NCBI RefSeq assembly: GCF_019635465.1
Contig: NZ_JAHBZK010000016.1
Location: forward strand, 14,500-78,499
Reading direction: 5' to 3'
Source of the DNA: Hydrogenophaga sp.
GTDB lineage: Bacteria; Pseudomonadota; Gammaproteobacteria; Burkholderiales; Burkholderiaceae_C
DNA: 64,000 bases
Shown: piece after piece, positions 49,276 through 59,728 of the stretch
How positions within the stretch are numbered: position 1 is the stretch's first letter
How the letters are laid out: the number at the start of each line of letters is the position of its first letter
Notes under the pieces: generated by a model
What the model was told of the DNA's origin: nothing
The model's input: the letters and a program-made list of their open reading frames with translations, nothing else
Database searches by the model: none
Translations under genes and position numbers: made by a program

Positions 49276-49890
49276 ATGAAAATTCTTCACATAAATGCAT
49301 CCACCCGCGGCGAAGAGAGCCAGTCTTTGGCTGTTGCCGAACGGCTCATCGCAAAGTTGCGGACAGCGCCCAACGCGACAGTGGATCGGCTGAACCTGTT
49401 CGATGGTAGTTTGCCTGCCTTCGACGCCAACGCCGTGGGCGCCAAGATGGCGTTGTTCACCGGGGCCAACGCGACCGCAGCGCAGAAGGCCACCTGGACC
49501 CAGGTCGAATCGGTGTTCAAACGCTTCGCCGCCGCCGATGTCTATGTGGTCAACACCCCACTCTGGAACAACGGCATTCCCTATGTCCTCAAGCAGTTCA
49601 TCGACCTGGTCACACAACCCGGTTGGACTTTCGGCTTTGACCCTGCCAAGGGCTACAGCGGCCTGATGGCTGGCAAACGCGCCTTCGTGGTGCATGCAAG
49701 TGGCGTCTATCACGAAGGCATCCCGCCGAACTTCGGCTCTGACTTCGCAACGCCCTATCTGGCGGACTGGTTCAATTTCATCGGCGTGACCGATCTGGAG
49801 CAGATCCACGTCGCGCCGACCGTTGTGAATGCCGACTATGCGGCCACAAAGGCGACGGCGATCGCCAGAGCCGAGTCGCTGGTTGCGTAA
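49276..49890 (+). CDS. azoR: FMN-dependent NADH azoreductase / quinone reductase
   Basis: ILHINASTRGEES, PLWNNGIPYVLKQFID, PGWTFGF, ASGVY. Confidence 0.85.
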   Translation: MKILHINASTRGEESQSLAVAERLIAKLRTAPNATVDRLNLFDGSLPAFDANAVGAKMALFTGANATAAQKATWTQVESVFKRFAAADVYVVNTPLWNNGIPYVLKQFIDLVTQPGWTFGFDPAKGYSGLMAGKRAFVVHASGVYHEGIPPNFGSDFATPYLADWFNFIGVTDLEQIHVAPTVVNADYAATKATAIARAESLVA

Positions 49891-49983
49891 GGATCGCAAC
49901 ATGAACAGGCATCGTCTTTCGCCCGTGCTGGCAGAGCAGTCGCTTTCTGCCCAGACACGTCCACCCGCTCAAACGAGGTCCCT

Positions 49984-50661
49984 ATGCGAATCGGTTTGAC
50001 GGGGACCTACTCATCCGGAAAAACACTCACGTCACTGGTCGCTTCGAGATATCTCGGCGTACCGCGAACCGAAGCGTCGACCATGCGCGAGATCCTGCCG
50101 CATGCGGCACCAGGCAAGACGCTTGAGGAATGCACCGCCGCGCAACTGATCCAGATGATCGTGGCTCGCCACAGCGAGCGCGTCGTCCATGAGAGTCGAC
50201 TCAGCCCTGAATTCATTTCGGACGGCTGCTCACTGCAGGAGTGGATCTATGGCAGCGTGCGCGTCAAATACGGCATCAACCCGAACGCGTCCATCCACCT
50301 TGCACCGGATGAAAGCGTGGAAAAGACAGGCGAGCTGGCACTTTTCGAAGACGTGATGTGGGAACTGGGCAAAGCCTTCAAACGCCACGTCAAATCTTCC
50401 TTCGACCATTTCGTGCACCTCAGAAACGAATTGCCGTTGGCAAAAGACGGGCATCGGCCAGTGAACGAGAACTTCCGCCGCTCTTCTGATGAATTCCTTC
50501 TCACAACCCTTGATGAGATGGAAATGCCCTATACGGTGATTGGCGGAACGCTGGAGGAACGCGCTGACAGGATTGCAGAGATCTTTGGCAAGGAGCCCGT
50601 CATGCCCGTCGCCGAAGCGGTGCGACATGCAAGCGCTCATTACGCAACCCTTCTCATGTAA
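49984..50661 (+). CDS. P-loop nucleotide-kinase-like ATPase (AAA_28, NadR/Ttd14-like)
   Basis: MRIGLTGTYSSGKT Walker A, FISDG, DGHRP lid-like motif, IGGTLEER. Confidence 0.75.
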   Translation: MRIGLTGTYSSGKTLTSLVASRYLGVPRTEASTMREILPHAAPGKTLEECTAAQLIQMIVARHSERVVHESRLSPEFISDGCSLQEWIYGSVRVKYGINPNASIHLAPDESVEKTGELALFEDVMWELGKAFKRHVKSSFDHFVHLRNELPLAKDGHRPVNENFRRSSDEFLLTTLDEMEMPYTVIGGTLEERADRIAEIFGKEPVMPVAEAVRHASAHYATLLM

Positions 50662-50680
50662 TTGGCACAACAGGGAGTAA

Positions 50681-51574
50681 ATGGTGGAAATCGGCTACTA
50701 CGAAAGCATCGATGACTTTCTCGGAAAACGTCATGGTCGCTACTTTGGTGATGGCTATCTGAAGTCCGCGCAGACCATTCGCGACTTCGAGCTGTCCGGG
50801 GGACCTCATGGCATGCGGTTTTCAAGCCTCGGCGAGGTCCGTTTGCCCGACATGTGGTCGCTCAAGGGCGAGAGCAAACAGAAGCCGCATCTGAGCACGA
50901 TCGACGTGATCGAATTCGCTCTGGAGTGTTTGCGCCAGTTTCGCATCTGCCTGCGACGCGGCCACGAACTGACAACCGATCTGCTTCATGGCATGTCCAT
51001 CGTCGCCGGCAACAGCCCCATCGAGGACAACATGGACGCCGTGGTGATCACGGGTCAGGTCGTGCCTGACGGCAACGCCAACGAGGTCATGACCTTGAAG
51101 GTGGGCAACATGGATGTCACGCTGTACATGCGCCCCGAAACCCAGCGCGTTACGCGAGGACTGACTTTCAGCAGAACACCGGTGGAGTTGGGTCAGGTGC
51201 TGCTCAATACCGAGAAGATGCATGCCTCGGCGATGGCCAGCCCAAAGCCGATGGAGCCTGGCATGGCGTGGTCGCTTTCGGCAAGCTTTGCCTGCGCGCT
51301 CCAGCTTGGCCAACTGCTGCTGTACAAGCTTGACAAGGTCGATCGCGCCAGCAGCAACACACTGTGGATGAAGAAGACGGAGATCCGTTTCTCCGATCTG
51401 GTTCCCAGTGCTGGTGGTGTCCAGCCAATCCATGTGCATCTCAACGACGTTCTGAAGTACGAAAAGTCCGATGGTGAGTGGCGCCGGGCCAACGTCTGCG
51501 CCGCGTTCTGCAACACACAGATCACCTGCCGCGTGACGCACCGCCTGCCTGCGCAGGTGCAGTTGATGCACTGA
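50681..51574 (+). CDS. avrD: AvrD-family protein
   Basis: SIDDFLG..GRYFGDGY, WSLK..PHLSTID, QLGQLLLYKLD...RASSNTLWMK match Pseudomonas syringae AvrD signatures as recalled; GGGAG RBS. Confidence 0.82.
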   Translation: MVEIGYYESIDDFLGKRHGRYFGDGYLKSAQTIRDFELSGGPHGMRFSSLGEVRLPDMWSLKGESKQKPHLSTIDVIEFALECLRQFRICLRRGHELTTDLLHGMSIVAGNSPIEDNMDAVVITGQVVPDGNANEVMTLKVGNMDVTLYMRPETQRVTRGLTFSRTPVELGQVLLNTEKMHASAMASPKPMEPGMAWSLSASFACALQLGQLLLYKLDKVDRASSNTLWMKKTEIRFSDLVPSAGGVQPIHVHLNDVLKYEKSDGEWRRANVCAAFCNTQITCRVTHRLPAQVQLMH

Positions 51575-51701
51575 GCGTTGATCTTGTCCGCTGTCCGCCG
51601 ATGGGTGTTTCGGCGGGCAGCACTGTCAGCACATCACACGCCAGCAATCCGACGACCCAGTTGCCTGGGTTGAGGTACTCATGTCTCCCGGACTGACAAG
51701 C

Positions 51702-51728
51702 AAAAGCCCACTTGCGTGGGCTCTATTT
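51702..51728 (+). terminator. Probable intrinsic terminator after avrD
   Basis: AGCCCAC-TTGC-GTGGGCT hairpin flanked by AAAA and CTATTT. Confidence 0.6.
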
Positions 51729-51897
51729 GCGACCCGTTGCGGGCAACTCGTGGGCCAGGTCCAACGCGGAGAGTGCCGGATCGGATCGTATTGACCAGGC
51801 ATTCAGCGCCTGAGCACACAGTTCGATCCCCCATCGCACCCAATGCGTTGGCTGAGTCTCTTGGGGATTCTCACCCTGGTGCGATCGTCATTGCCAG

Positions 51898-52329
51898 TCA
51901 CTCTCGAAAAACCACCACCGGCGCGACACCTGCACGAATCAGACCGATGCGCTCGGCCGCTGCGCGGCTGAGGTCGATCACGCGCCCTGGCGTGAACGGA
52001 CCACGGTCGTTGATGCGCACCACCACGCTCGCTCCGTTGGCCGGGTTGAGCACCCGCACACGTGTGCCGAAGGGCAGTGTCTTGTGCGCCGCAGTGAGCG
52101 CGCGCATGTCGAACGGCTCGCCACTGGCGGTGCGCTTGCCGTGGTGTTGCGCGCCGTACCAGGACGCGAGACCACGCTCGCCCTGTTCGGTGTTGGCATC
52201 GCCTGACGCCGCCGCGGCACCGCCCCCGCCCCACCCTTCTCCGGGTGGTGTTGGCCCACTGGCGCAGGCCACCAGCACCGCCGACAGCGAGCAGGCAACC
52301 AGGAGCAAACGGGCAGAAGACAAAGGCAT
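51898..52329 (-). CDS. rlpA: Septal ring lytic transglycosylase RlpA-family lipoprotein (DPBB domain only)
   Basis: Lipobox [38 protein letters not shown]. Confidence 0.9.
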   Translation of the reverse strand: MPLSSARLLLVACSLSAVLVACASGPTPPGEGWGGGGAAAASGDANTEQGERGLASWYGAQHHGKRTASGEPFDMRALTAAHKTLPFGTRVRVLNPANGASVVVRINDRGPFTPGRVIDLSRAAAERIGLIRAGVAPVVVFRE

Positions 52330-53159
52330 CAGGGCGTGTTCAGGCGACTAAGAATGTCGAGCGACGCGGCGCTCTGGTTCATCGTATAGAAGTGCAGCCC
52401 CGGTGCGCCGCCCCGAATCAATTGCTCACACAAAGACGTCACCACGTCGAGCCCGAAGGCCTTGATGGAGGCCGTGTCGTCGCCAAAGGCCTGCAGGCGC
52501 AGACGAATCCAACGCGGAATCTCGGCGCCGCAGGCGTCGGAGAAGCGCATCAGCTGCGTGGAGCTGATGATGGGCATAACGCCCGGTACCACCGGCACGT
52601 CGGCGCCCAGGGAGCGCGCGTCCTCGACGAAGCGGAAGTACGCGTCGGCGCTGTAGAAGTACTGCGTGATCGCCGAGTCGGCACCGGCTCTGACCTTGGT
52701 CACATAGGCCTTGAGGTCGGCCTCGGGCGAGCGGGCCTGCGGGTGCACCTCGGGATAGGCGGCGACCTCGATGTGGAAATCGCTGGGGCACTCGGCACGG
52801 ATGAAGGCCACGAGGTCGCTGGCGTAGTGGAACTCGCCGCCCAGGCCATAGCCGCTGGGCAGGTCGCCGCGCAAGGCCACCAGGCGTTTGACGCCCATGG
52901 CCTTGAGTTGCGCCAGTTGCTCGCGCACGCGCTCACGCGTGGCACCGATGCACGAGAAGTGCGAGGCCGCATCGACCCCTTCGGCCAGGATCTCGCGCAC
53001 GGTGGCAAAGGTGCCCTCCTGCGTGGAGCCGCCGGCACCGTAGGTGACCGAGCAGAACGCCGGCGAGCGCGCGTAGAGCTGCTGCCGATGACCGCGCAGC
53101 TTCTCGGCGCCCTCGGGCGTCTTGGGGGGGAAGAACTCGAAACTGATGGGCAGGTTCAT
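52329..53159 (-). CDS. metF: Methylenetetrahydrofolate reductase
   Basis: [34 protein letters not shown]. Confidence 0.96.
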   Translation of the reverse strand: MNLPISFEFFPPKTPEGAEKLRGHRQQLYARSPAFCSVTYGAGGSTQEGTFATVREILAEGVDAASHFSCIGATRERVREQLAQLKAMGVKRLVALRGDLPSGYGLGGEFHYASDLVAFIRAECPSDFHIEVAAYPEVHPQARSPEADLKAYVTKVRAGADSAITQYFYSADAYFRFVEDARSLGADVPVVPGVMPIISSTQLMRFSDACGAEIPRWIRLRLQAFGDDTASIKAFGLDVVTSLCEQLIRGGAPGLHFYTMNQSAASLDILSRLNTP

Positions 53160-53920
53160 GCCGGTTTCCGAATGAAGACAAAGAATTCGCGGTTGCCATC
53201 GCCGCCGGCGATGGGGCTGTCGACGTAGTCGCGCACTTCAAGGCCCAGGCCCTGCAGTGCGGTGATGATGCGTTCGCGCACCAGCGGATACGACCCCGGG
53301 TCTTTCACCAGACCGCCCTTGCCGATGTGCCCGGGTTGCAGCTCGAACTGCGGCTTGACCAGCATCAGACCATGACCGCCGGGCTTGAGCAGCGGCACCA
53401 GGGCCGGCCACACCAGCGTCTGCGAGATGAACGACAGGTCGCCCACCACCAGATCGAACGGCACGTCCGCACCGGCATCGCGCAAGCGTTCGGCGCTCAG
53501 CTCGCGCGCGTTGCAATGCTCCACCACGACCACGCGCGGATCGGCGCGCAGGCGCGGGTTCAACTGGCCGCTGCCCACATCGACGCCCACCACCTGCGCG
53601 GCACCGCACTGCAGCAGGCAGTCGGTGAAGCCACCGGTGCTCTGCCCGACGTCGAGCACACGCAGACCGTTGACATCGAAGCCAAGCTGCGTGAGCGCGC
53701 CGTCGAGCTTGAGGCCACCACGCGAGACGAATCGCGCCTCGGCGCCGTCGAGCAGTTGCAGCTCCGCCGTCGCGGGCAGTTCATCGCCGTTCTTGGCAAC
53801 CGGCTTCCAGTCGGCACCCAGCCGCCAGCGCACGCCAGCAGCAATCAGCCGCTGAGCCTGCGAGCGCGACGCCGCGAGCCCGCGCTCGACGAGGAGTTGG
53901 TCAGCACGCATGGTGTGCAC
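53156..53920 (-). CDS. tlyA: TlyA-family rRNA methyltransferase
   Basis: S4 domain, FVSRGGLKL, LDVGQSTGGFTD, DLSFIS, LVKPQFE, GGDGNREF. Confidence 0.92.
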   Translation of the reverse strand: MHTMRADQLLVERGLAASRSQAQRLIAAGVRWRLGADWKPVAKNGDELPATAELQLLDGAEARFVSRGGLKLDGALTQLGFDVNGLRVLDVGQSTGGFTDCLLQCGAAQVVGVDVGSGQLNPRLRADPRVVVVEHCNARELSAERLRDAGADVPFDLVVGDLSFISQTLVWPALVPLLKPGGHGLMLVKPQFELQPGHIGKGGLVKDPGSYPLVRERIITALQGLGLEVRDYVDSPIAGGDGNREFFVFIRKPA

Positions 53921-53927
53921 ACACCTC

Positions 53928-54052
53928 AGCGGCGTAGCGAGCGGCCGTCAGCCGAGGCGCGGGCGGATCCCAAGACCGGAACGTAGCGGCGCTACGTGAG
54001 GATCTTCGGAGGGACCCGCAACGACGGATCACGGCCGCGCAGTAGCCGCCGA
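53928..54052. repeat. ~125-bp imperfect palindromic intergenic element (REP/MITE-like)
   Basis: Complementary ends (GCGGC..GCGGCCGT / ACGGCCGC..GCCGC) around a central ACGTAGCG-G-CGCTACGT palindrome. Confidence 0.6.
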
Positions 54053-55486
<1,434 letters not shown>

Positions 55487-55530
55487 GGTTTGCTCCAAAA
55501 CGTGTTTGAAAAAACCACTTGCCGCGGGGC

Positions 55531-55567
55531 GAAAAAAAACGCTCACCGCACAGAAGTGGATGAGCGT
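55531..55567 (-). terminator. Intrinsic terminator forming the SAH riboswitch expression platform
   Basis: Minus strand ACGCTCA-N15-TGAGCGT followed by a T run; its 5' arm is the riboswitch pseudoknot strand. Confidence 0.75.
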
Positions 55568-55625
55568 CGTTGCATGTAGGGTTCCGAGCCTCGCGCCATG
55601 GCGGCACTGCAACGCTCCTCGGAAG
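55561..55625 (-). ncRNA. SAH riboswitch
   Basis: Minus strand TTCCGAGGAGCGTTGC..GCGAGGCTCGGAA..CAACGACGCTCA matches the SAH aptamer consensus and sits upstream of ahcY-tlyA-metF. Confidence 0.9.
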
Positions 55626-55750
55626 CGGCGGATTCTATCGCAGGGCCTCGCCGCGCTGTAGGCCGAAAGACCCAGCCCAGGGCGCGAACCGCGCCAGACA
55701 GCGGCCCCGACCGACGAAGGGTTCACGCCAGGTCGATATGCTCGCGCCCC

Positions 55751-56542
55751 ATGCAATCCCTCAGCCGCTGGCCCGTCACCGAGCGCGCCCGCATCAGCGG
55801 TGTCTTCACCGACATCGACGACACCCTCACCCACGACGGCGCCATCGCCCCCGAAGCGCTGGCCGCGCTGGCGCAACTGCGCGCCGCCGGCATCGACGTG
55901 TTCGCCATCACCGGCCGCCCGGTGGGCTGGAGCCTGCCGTTTGCGCAGGGGCCGCAGGCCTGGCCGGTGCAGGCCATCGTGGCGGAGAACGGTGCGGTGG
56001 CCCTGCTGCCCGACGGCAGCCGGCGCTACCTGCAGGACGCGCCCGAGCGCGCCGCCAACTTCGCGCATCTTCAGCGCGTGCTGGCGCGCATCGAGGCCGA
56101 GGTGCCCGGCGCACAACGCGCCACCGACAGCGCCGGGCGCGAGACCGACATCGCCATCGACCACAGCGAGTTCACCCACCTCGACGACGCCACCATTGCG
56201 CGCGTGGTCGACCTGATGCGCGCCGAAGGCCTGCGTGTCAGCGTCAGCAGCATCCACATCAACGGCTGGATCGGCGAGCACGACAAGCTGGTCGGCGCGC
56301 GCTGGGTGTTGCAGGCCTGCCTGGACCGCACGCTCGACGCCGAGCCCGATCGCTGGGTCTACGTGGGCGACTCGACCAACGACCAGGTCATGTTCGAGCA
56401 CTTCCGCCACAGCGTGGGCGTGGCCAACATCGCGCGCTTCGTGCCGCAGCTGCGGCACCTGCCCGTGTACGTGACCGACGCCGAGCGTGGTCAGGGCTTC
56501 GCCGAACTCGCTCACGCCCTGCTGAGCGCGCGCCAGCCATGA
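55751..56542 (+). CDS. HAD-IIB family hydrolase
   Basis: [29 protein letters not shown]. Confidence 0.9.
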   Translation: MQSLSRWPVTERARISGVFTDIDDTLTHDGAIAPEALAALAQLRAAGIDVFAITGRPVGWSLPFAQGPQAWPVQAIVAENGAVALLPDGSRRYLQDAPERAANFAHLQRVLARIEAEVPGAQRATDSAGRETDIAIDHSEFTHLDDATIARVVDLMRAEGLRVSVSSIHINGWIGEHDKLVGARWVLQACLDRTLDAEPDRWVYVGDSTNDQVMFEHFRHSVGVANIARFVPQLRHLPVYVTDAERGQGFAELAHALLSARQP

Positions 56543-57759
56543 GCGAACACCCGCTGCCACCCCGCGCTGCGCCGCGCGAACGCCCTGCCCACGCCTCGCT
56601 GGGTCTGGTGGCCATTTTTGGCGCCACGTTCTTCGAGCTGGTCGGCTATTTCATGCTCGCGCCCTTGCTGCTGCTGCGCCTCAAGGACAGCGGCGAGTCC
56701 ACCGCGCTGGCCGGTATGTTTGCGGCCGCGGGCTGGCTGGGCATCTTCCTGATGGTGCCGTTTGCCTCGGCGCTCACGCGGCGGCTGGGGCGGCGACCCA
56801 CGCTGTGGCTGTCGGCGCTGATTCCCACACTGGCGACGGCGGGCTTTGCGCTGTCGCCGTCGCTGGCCCTGTGGTTCCCACTGAAGATCGTCGCCGGCAT
56901 GGCGTCGGGCTTGCGCTGGGTGCTGGCCGAAGCGATCGTGGCCGAGTTCGCGCCGCCCGCGCAACGCGGACGCTATGTGGGCCTGTTCGAAACCCTGGTG
57001 GGGGTGACCTTCGTGGTGGGGCCGCTGGTGCTGGCCTGGGTCGGCCCGCAAAGCGATGCGGCGCTGTGGGCGGCCTTCGGCTTCATGGCCATCGGCCTCG
57101 CCTGGAGCCTGCTCATCCCGCGTGTGCCACCGGCGGCCGACGCGCACGAAGCCCGCGTGGGCCTGCGGGGGGTGTGGCACGCGCTGCTGGCGCACCCGCT
57201 GATCATGACCGTGGGTTTCGTCGGTGGCTTCTTCGAGAGCGGGCTCACGTCCATCCTGCCGCTCTACGGATTGGCGTTGGGTCTGGGTGCGGTGGCGGCG
57301 GCGCTGCTGGTGTCGGCCAGTGGCCTGGGCAGCGCCATGATGATGCTGCCGGCCGGCGTGCTGGCCGATCGCATGGCGCACCACCCCAGGCAGCGCTGGG
57401 GCAGCGAGCGCCAGGCGCGACTGACGCTCATGCGCGCCTGCGCCGCGATCACGCTGGCGGGCACGCTGCTGGTGCCGCTGGTGGCCACGATGCCCTGGCT
57501 GGTGGCGCCGGTGGCCTTCGTCTGGGGCGGCGCCGGCGGATGCCTGTACACGCTGGCGATGATCGACATCGGTTCGCGCGAACAGGGCATCACACTGGTC
57601 AACAGCACCGCGGTGCTGGTGATGAGCTACACGCTGGGTGGCGTGCTGGCGCCCGCGCTGGGCGCGGCGGCCCTGCAGTGGTCGCCGGTGCTGGGCTTTC
57701 CCGCGCTGTTGCTGGGCGTGGCGGCGCTGGGGGTCTGGCTGCTGCGCCGCGCCCGATAG
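56539..57759 (+). CDS. MFS transporter (YcaD-like)
   Basis: About 12 hydrophobic segments, RRLGRR loop motif, RGRYVGL. Confidence 0.88.
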   Translation: MSEHPLPPRAAPRERPAHASLGLVAIFGATFFELVGYFMLAPLLLLRLKDSGESTALAGMFAAAGWLGIFLMVPFASALTRRLGRRPTLWLSALIPTLATAGFALSPSLALWFPLKIVAGMASGLRWVLAEAIVAEFAPPAQRGRYVGLFETLVGVTFVVGPLVLAWVGPQSDAALWAAFGFMAIGLAWSLLIPRVPPAADAHEARVGLRGVWHALLAHPLIMTVGFVGGFFESGLTSILPLYGLALGLGAVAAALLVSASGLGSAMMMLPAGVLADRMAHHPRQRWGSERQARLTLMRACAAITLAGTLLVPLVATMPWLVAPVAFVWGGAGGCLYTLAMIDIGSREQGITLVNSTAVLVMSYTLGGVLAPALGAAALQWSPVLGFPALLLGVAALGVWLLRRAR

Positions 57760-57766
57760 ATTTCGC

Positions 57767-58858
57767 TCAGGGCGTCGCGCCGCCCAACCGCGGCAACAGC
57801 GTGGGCGCACCCTTGGGGCCGTCCAGCAGCCGGTCGGCCACGCCACCGCCCACCCACATGCCGCCCAGCGTGAGCCAGGCGGTCAGCGCAAAGATCGACC
57901 CGCCCGTCATGCCTGCGCCCACCGCGCAGCCGCCCGCCAGCATCGAGCCGAAGCCCATCAGCATGGCGCCGATCACGTAGCGCGGCACGCTGTAGCCCGG
58001 GCCGAAGGTCTCGACCTTCCAGTCCCTGCCCAGCAAGGCGCCGCCCAGCGAGCCCAGAAACACCCCGGGCAACAGGCCCAGTGCAAAGGTCCATGGGCCG
58101 TCCGATTCGACCAGCACACGCATGAGCCAGTCGGCCGACGGCCCACTGAAGGTGATGCCCTGGATCTGCACCGGCTCGAAGGAGTGACTCATCACCGCGT
58201 AGGTGACCCACCAGGCCAGCGCCACCATCAGCCCGGTGCCGATGCCGCCGGCCCACTGCCAGAAGCCGCCACCGGCGCGGTAGGCATAGAACAAGGCCAC
58301 GACCGCCCACAACCAGCCGAAGACCAGACCGTCCCAGGGGCCCGCGCCCACCAGTGCCAGCAGGTTGCGCGACGCGCCGCCCTCCACCACCCACCAGCCG
58401 GCAATGGCCTCGCGCAGCGGCGCCAGCACGCCGCGCAGCGACGCCTGCGCCGTGACGGCAAACACCAGCCCGGCCAACAGCGCGCGCAGGTTGCCATTGG
58501 CCGACAGCACCAGCAAACGGCTGGCGCAGCCGCGCGTGAGCACCATGCCCACGCCAAACAGCAGGCCACCGATCAGCGCGCCCGACAGGCTGCCGCGTGC
58601 GGCCAGCTGACGCGCTGTGCCCACGTCGAGCAATCCCGCCAGGATCAGCGCCTGCACCGCCACCACCGCACTCGAAAAGGCCAGCAGCCACACCGCCAGC
58701 TTGTCGCCGAAATGCCCGTGCCAGAAGGCCACCACCGCGCCGCGCAGGCAAAAGCGCGAGCGCTGCGCAAAAAAGCCGAAGCCCACGCCCACCAGCAAGC
58801 CGGCCACGGCCAGCACGGCGGGCTCACCCCAATGCTCGATCCAGCCGGTCAGGTCCAT
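57767..58858 (-). CDS. YeeE/YedE family sulfur-compound (thiosulfate) transporter
   Basis: QRSRFCL, FGVGMVLTRGCAS, MGFGSMLAGGCAVG motifs. Confidence 0.9.
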   Translation of the reverse strand: MDLTGWIEHWGEPAVLAVAGLLVGVGFGFFAQRSRFCLRGAVVAFWHGHFGDKLAVWLLAFSSAVVAVQALILAGLLDVGTARQLAARGSLSGALIGGLLFGVGMVLTRGCASRLLVLSANGNLRALLAGLVFAVTAQASLRGVLAPLREAIAGWWVVEGGASRNLLALVGAGPWDGLVFGWLWAVVALFYAYRAGGGFWQWAGGIGTGLMVALAWWVTYAVMSHSFEPVQIQGITFSGPSADWLMRVLVESDGPWTFALGLLPGVFLGSLGGALLGRDWKVETFGPGYSVPRYVIGAMLMGFGSMLAGGCAVGAGMTGGSIFALTAWLTLGGMWVGGGVADRLLDGPKGAPTLLPRLGGATP

Positions 58859-58984
58859 GGCACACCTCAAATATCAACATGCGCTGATATTCAAGGAACC
58901 CCGGCCACTTGGCATTGATCCAGCGCAAGCGCGCCCCATACCCCATGCAGGCGTAAGCTGGCCACTCCGATGAAAGGAACTGAC

Positions 58985-59365
58985 ATGCCCATCCCCTGGC
59001 TCGCGGCGCTCAAGGTGATCCCCTGGGGCGACGTCATCGAGCACGCGCCCAAGGTACTCAACGCTGCACGCAAGCTGCTCGACAAGCAAAAGGCGGGCGA
59101 GGAGCCTGTGCCCGATACCTCGCTGATGGACCCGCAGGCCGAACCGCCCACCCTGGGCGAACTGCGTAACCGGCTGATCGAGGCGCGTCAGCTCATTGAC
59201 CAGCAGGCCGCTGCCCAGCAGCAGACCGCCCAGACGCTGAGCGAGCTGGCCGAACAGAATGCGCGCCTGGTGGCCGCCGTGGAGTTGCTGCGCGTGCGCA
59301 CGCGCGTGCTGATGGGGGTGGCGGCGGTGCTCGTGGTCGGCGTGGGGGTGCTGCTGGCACGCTGA
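58985..59365 (+). CDS. Hypothetical coiled-coil protein with C-terminal membrane anchor
   Basis: WL.ALK.IPW.DVI..AP N-terminus, coiled coil, C-terminal transmembrane segment; AAAGGA RBS. Confidence 0.75.
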   Translation: MPIPWLAALKVIPWGDVIEHAPKVLNAARKLLDKQKAGEEPVPDTSLMDPQAEPPTLGELRNRLIEARQLIDQQAAAQQQTAQTLSELAEQNARLVAAVELLRVRTRVLMGVAAVLVVGVGVLLAR

Positions 59366-59686
59366 TCAGCGCGGGCCCACCTCGACCGAGGCATCACAGC
59401 CGACGCCCGCCGCGATCCAGCGCCGCGCCAGCCGGCGCAGCAGCGGCGCCGCAAACGCCCAGCGCTTGCCGAGCACACCGGCCGAATCGGTGAGCGCGCC
59501 ACAGCGGTACTGCCGGGCATCGGCATCCCAGCGCAGCGCATCGCAGGCACCGCTGCGCTTGCGCGAAATCACCTGGCCCAGCGGGCAGGGTTCCAGCAGG
59601 CAACACACGCCGCAGCCATTGCAGGGCGCGCCCAGCGCCGGCTTGGGCGGCGCGTCGGGCTGGATGTGGATGACCGGGTGTGACAC
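59366..59686 (-). CDS. Cys-rich protein (CxxCxxCC, putative Fe-S/Zn-binding)
   Basis: PCNGCGVCCLLEPCP..C..C..GVGCD; GTG start. Confidence 0.7.
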   Translation of the reverse strand: MSHPVIHIQPDAPPKPALGAPCNGCGVCCLLEPCPLGQVISRKRSGACDALRWDADARQYRCGALTDSAGVLGKRWAFAAPLLRRLARRWIAAGVGCDASVEVGPR

Positions 59687-59728
59687 GGGGGCGCGGGCGG
59701 GAGGACGGGCGATCGCGCCCGCCCCGCA

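Noticed and set aside
49891-50680. Search for an hrp box ahead of the kinase-avrD genes
   Set aside because: No GGAACC-N15/16-CCAC found, so there is no sequence evidence tying avrD to the putative T3SS regulon.
51716-52351. 211-aa plus-strand ORF after avrD
   Set aside because: Mostly antisense to rlpA, starts inside a terminator, and has no recognisable motifs.
58895-58922. GGAACC upstream of the 58985 hypothetical gene
   Set aside because: The downstream element (TGATCCA) does not match CCACNNA or ACCCA well enough to call an hrp box.
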